From Octopus bimaculoides (taxonomy: Eukaryota), in contig NC_068983.1 of assembly GCF_001194135.2 (NCBI RefSeq), positions 134,563,383 to 134,627,382 of the forward strand: a DNA stretch of 64,000 bases. The letters run 5' to 3'. Below the pieces are notes generated by a model. The model made no database searches and had not been told where the DNA came from. It saw nothing but the letters and a program-made list of their open reading frames with translations. Positions 63,677 through 64,000 of the stretch are shown here, piece by piece. The number at the start of each line of letters is the position of its first letter. Within the stretch, counting starts at the first letter, position 1. Made by a program: the position numbers and the translations under genes.

Positions 63677-64000
63677 ATCAGAGCCACGATTTGACTCACA
63701 AGAAACTAGACACATCAGATGCCCTACTACCTCTTTTATTCAATATCATAGATAGGATTTACCAGCAATGTAATGCTTTCTTGTGATGAAAATCAAATAT
63801 TTCCACAGGTAAAGGATATAGATATTTGTGGAGCTAACTAAAGATATTGCTGTAGGTCACCAAAGGAAGCTTCTAACTGGCAACTGAGATAAAGTGTTCA
63901 ACAGCTTCAATTCTGGTAACATACCTATGGCAATTGGTAGCAGCAATTTATTAGATGAAGGGACTGTGCGTGTGTGCGTGTGTGCGTGTGCGTGTGCGTG

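Noticed and set aside
63755-63790. Minus-strand SITLLV as PTDSS1 first exon
   Set aside because: The surrounding residues do not match the FFYRPHTITLL context and the frame stops shortly after; exon 1 is outside the window.

Overview
AT-rich, intron- and microsatellite-rich animal genomic DNA. The repeat families look like those of coleoid cephalopods, most likely Octopus (inference from recognition). Two multi-exon genes converge tail to tail. (1) On +, the 3' part of an ABCG2-like ABC half-transporter: 11 coding exons, 3043-22244, all introns GT-AG, frame continuous to the stop. The upstream nucleotide-binding-domain exons lie left of the window. (2) On -, a phosphatidylserine synthase 1 (PTDSS1): 12 coding exons, 63270-40182, frame continuous to the stop. 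The first exon lies right of the window. Introns and the intergenic space carry RTE-clade LINE relics and 3' tails, an R4/Dong-type LINE, a decayed DD37D Tc1/mariner transposase, a Penelope-like foldback, tRNA-derived SINEs, piggyBac- and hAT-type MITEs, a telomere-like tract and three N gaps. The least explained signals are a ~350-bp CpG-rich island with clustered promoter motifs, a short ORF and a polyA signal inside a PTDSS1 intron, a near-identical 200-bp inverted duplication bracketing two ABCG2 exons, and several long intronic hairpins. No bacterial-type system or CRISPR array is present. Repeat boundaries are approximate and were read by eye; all comparisons to human proteins are from recall, not from a search.
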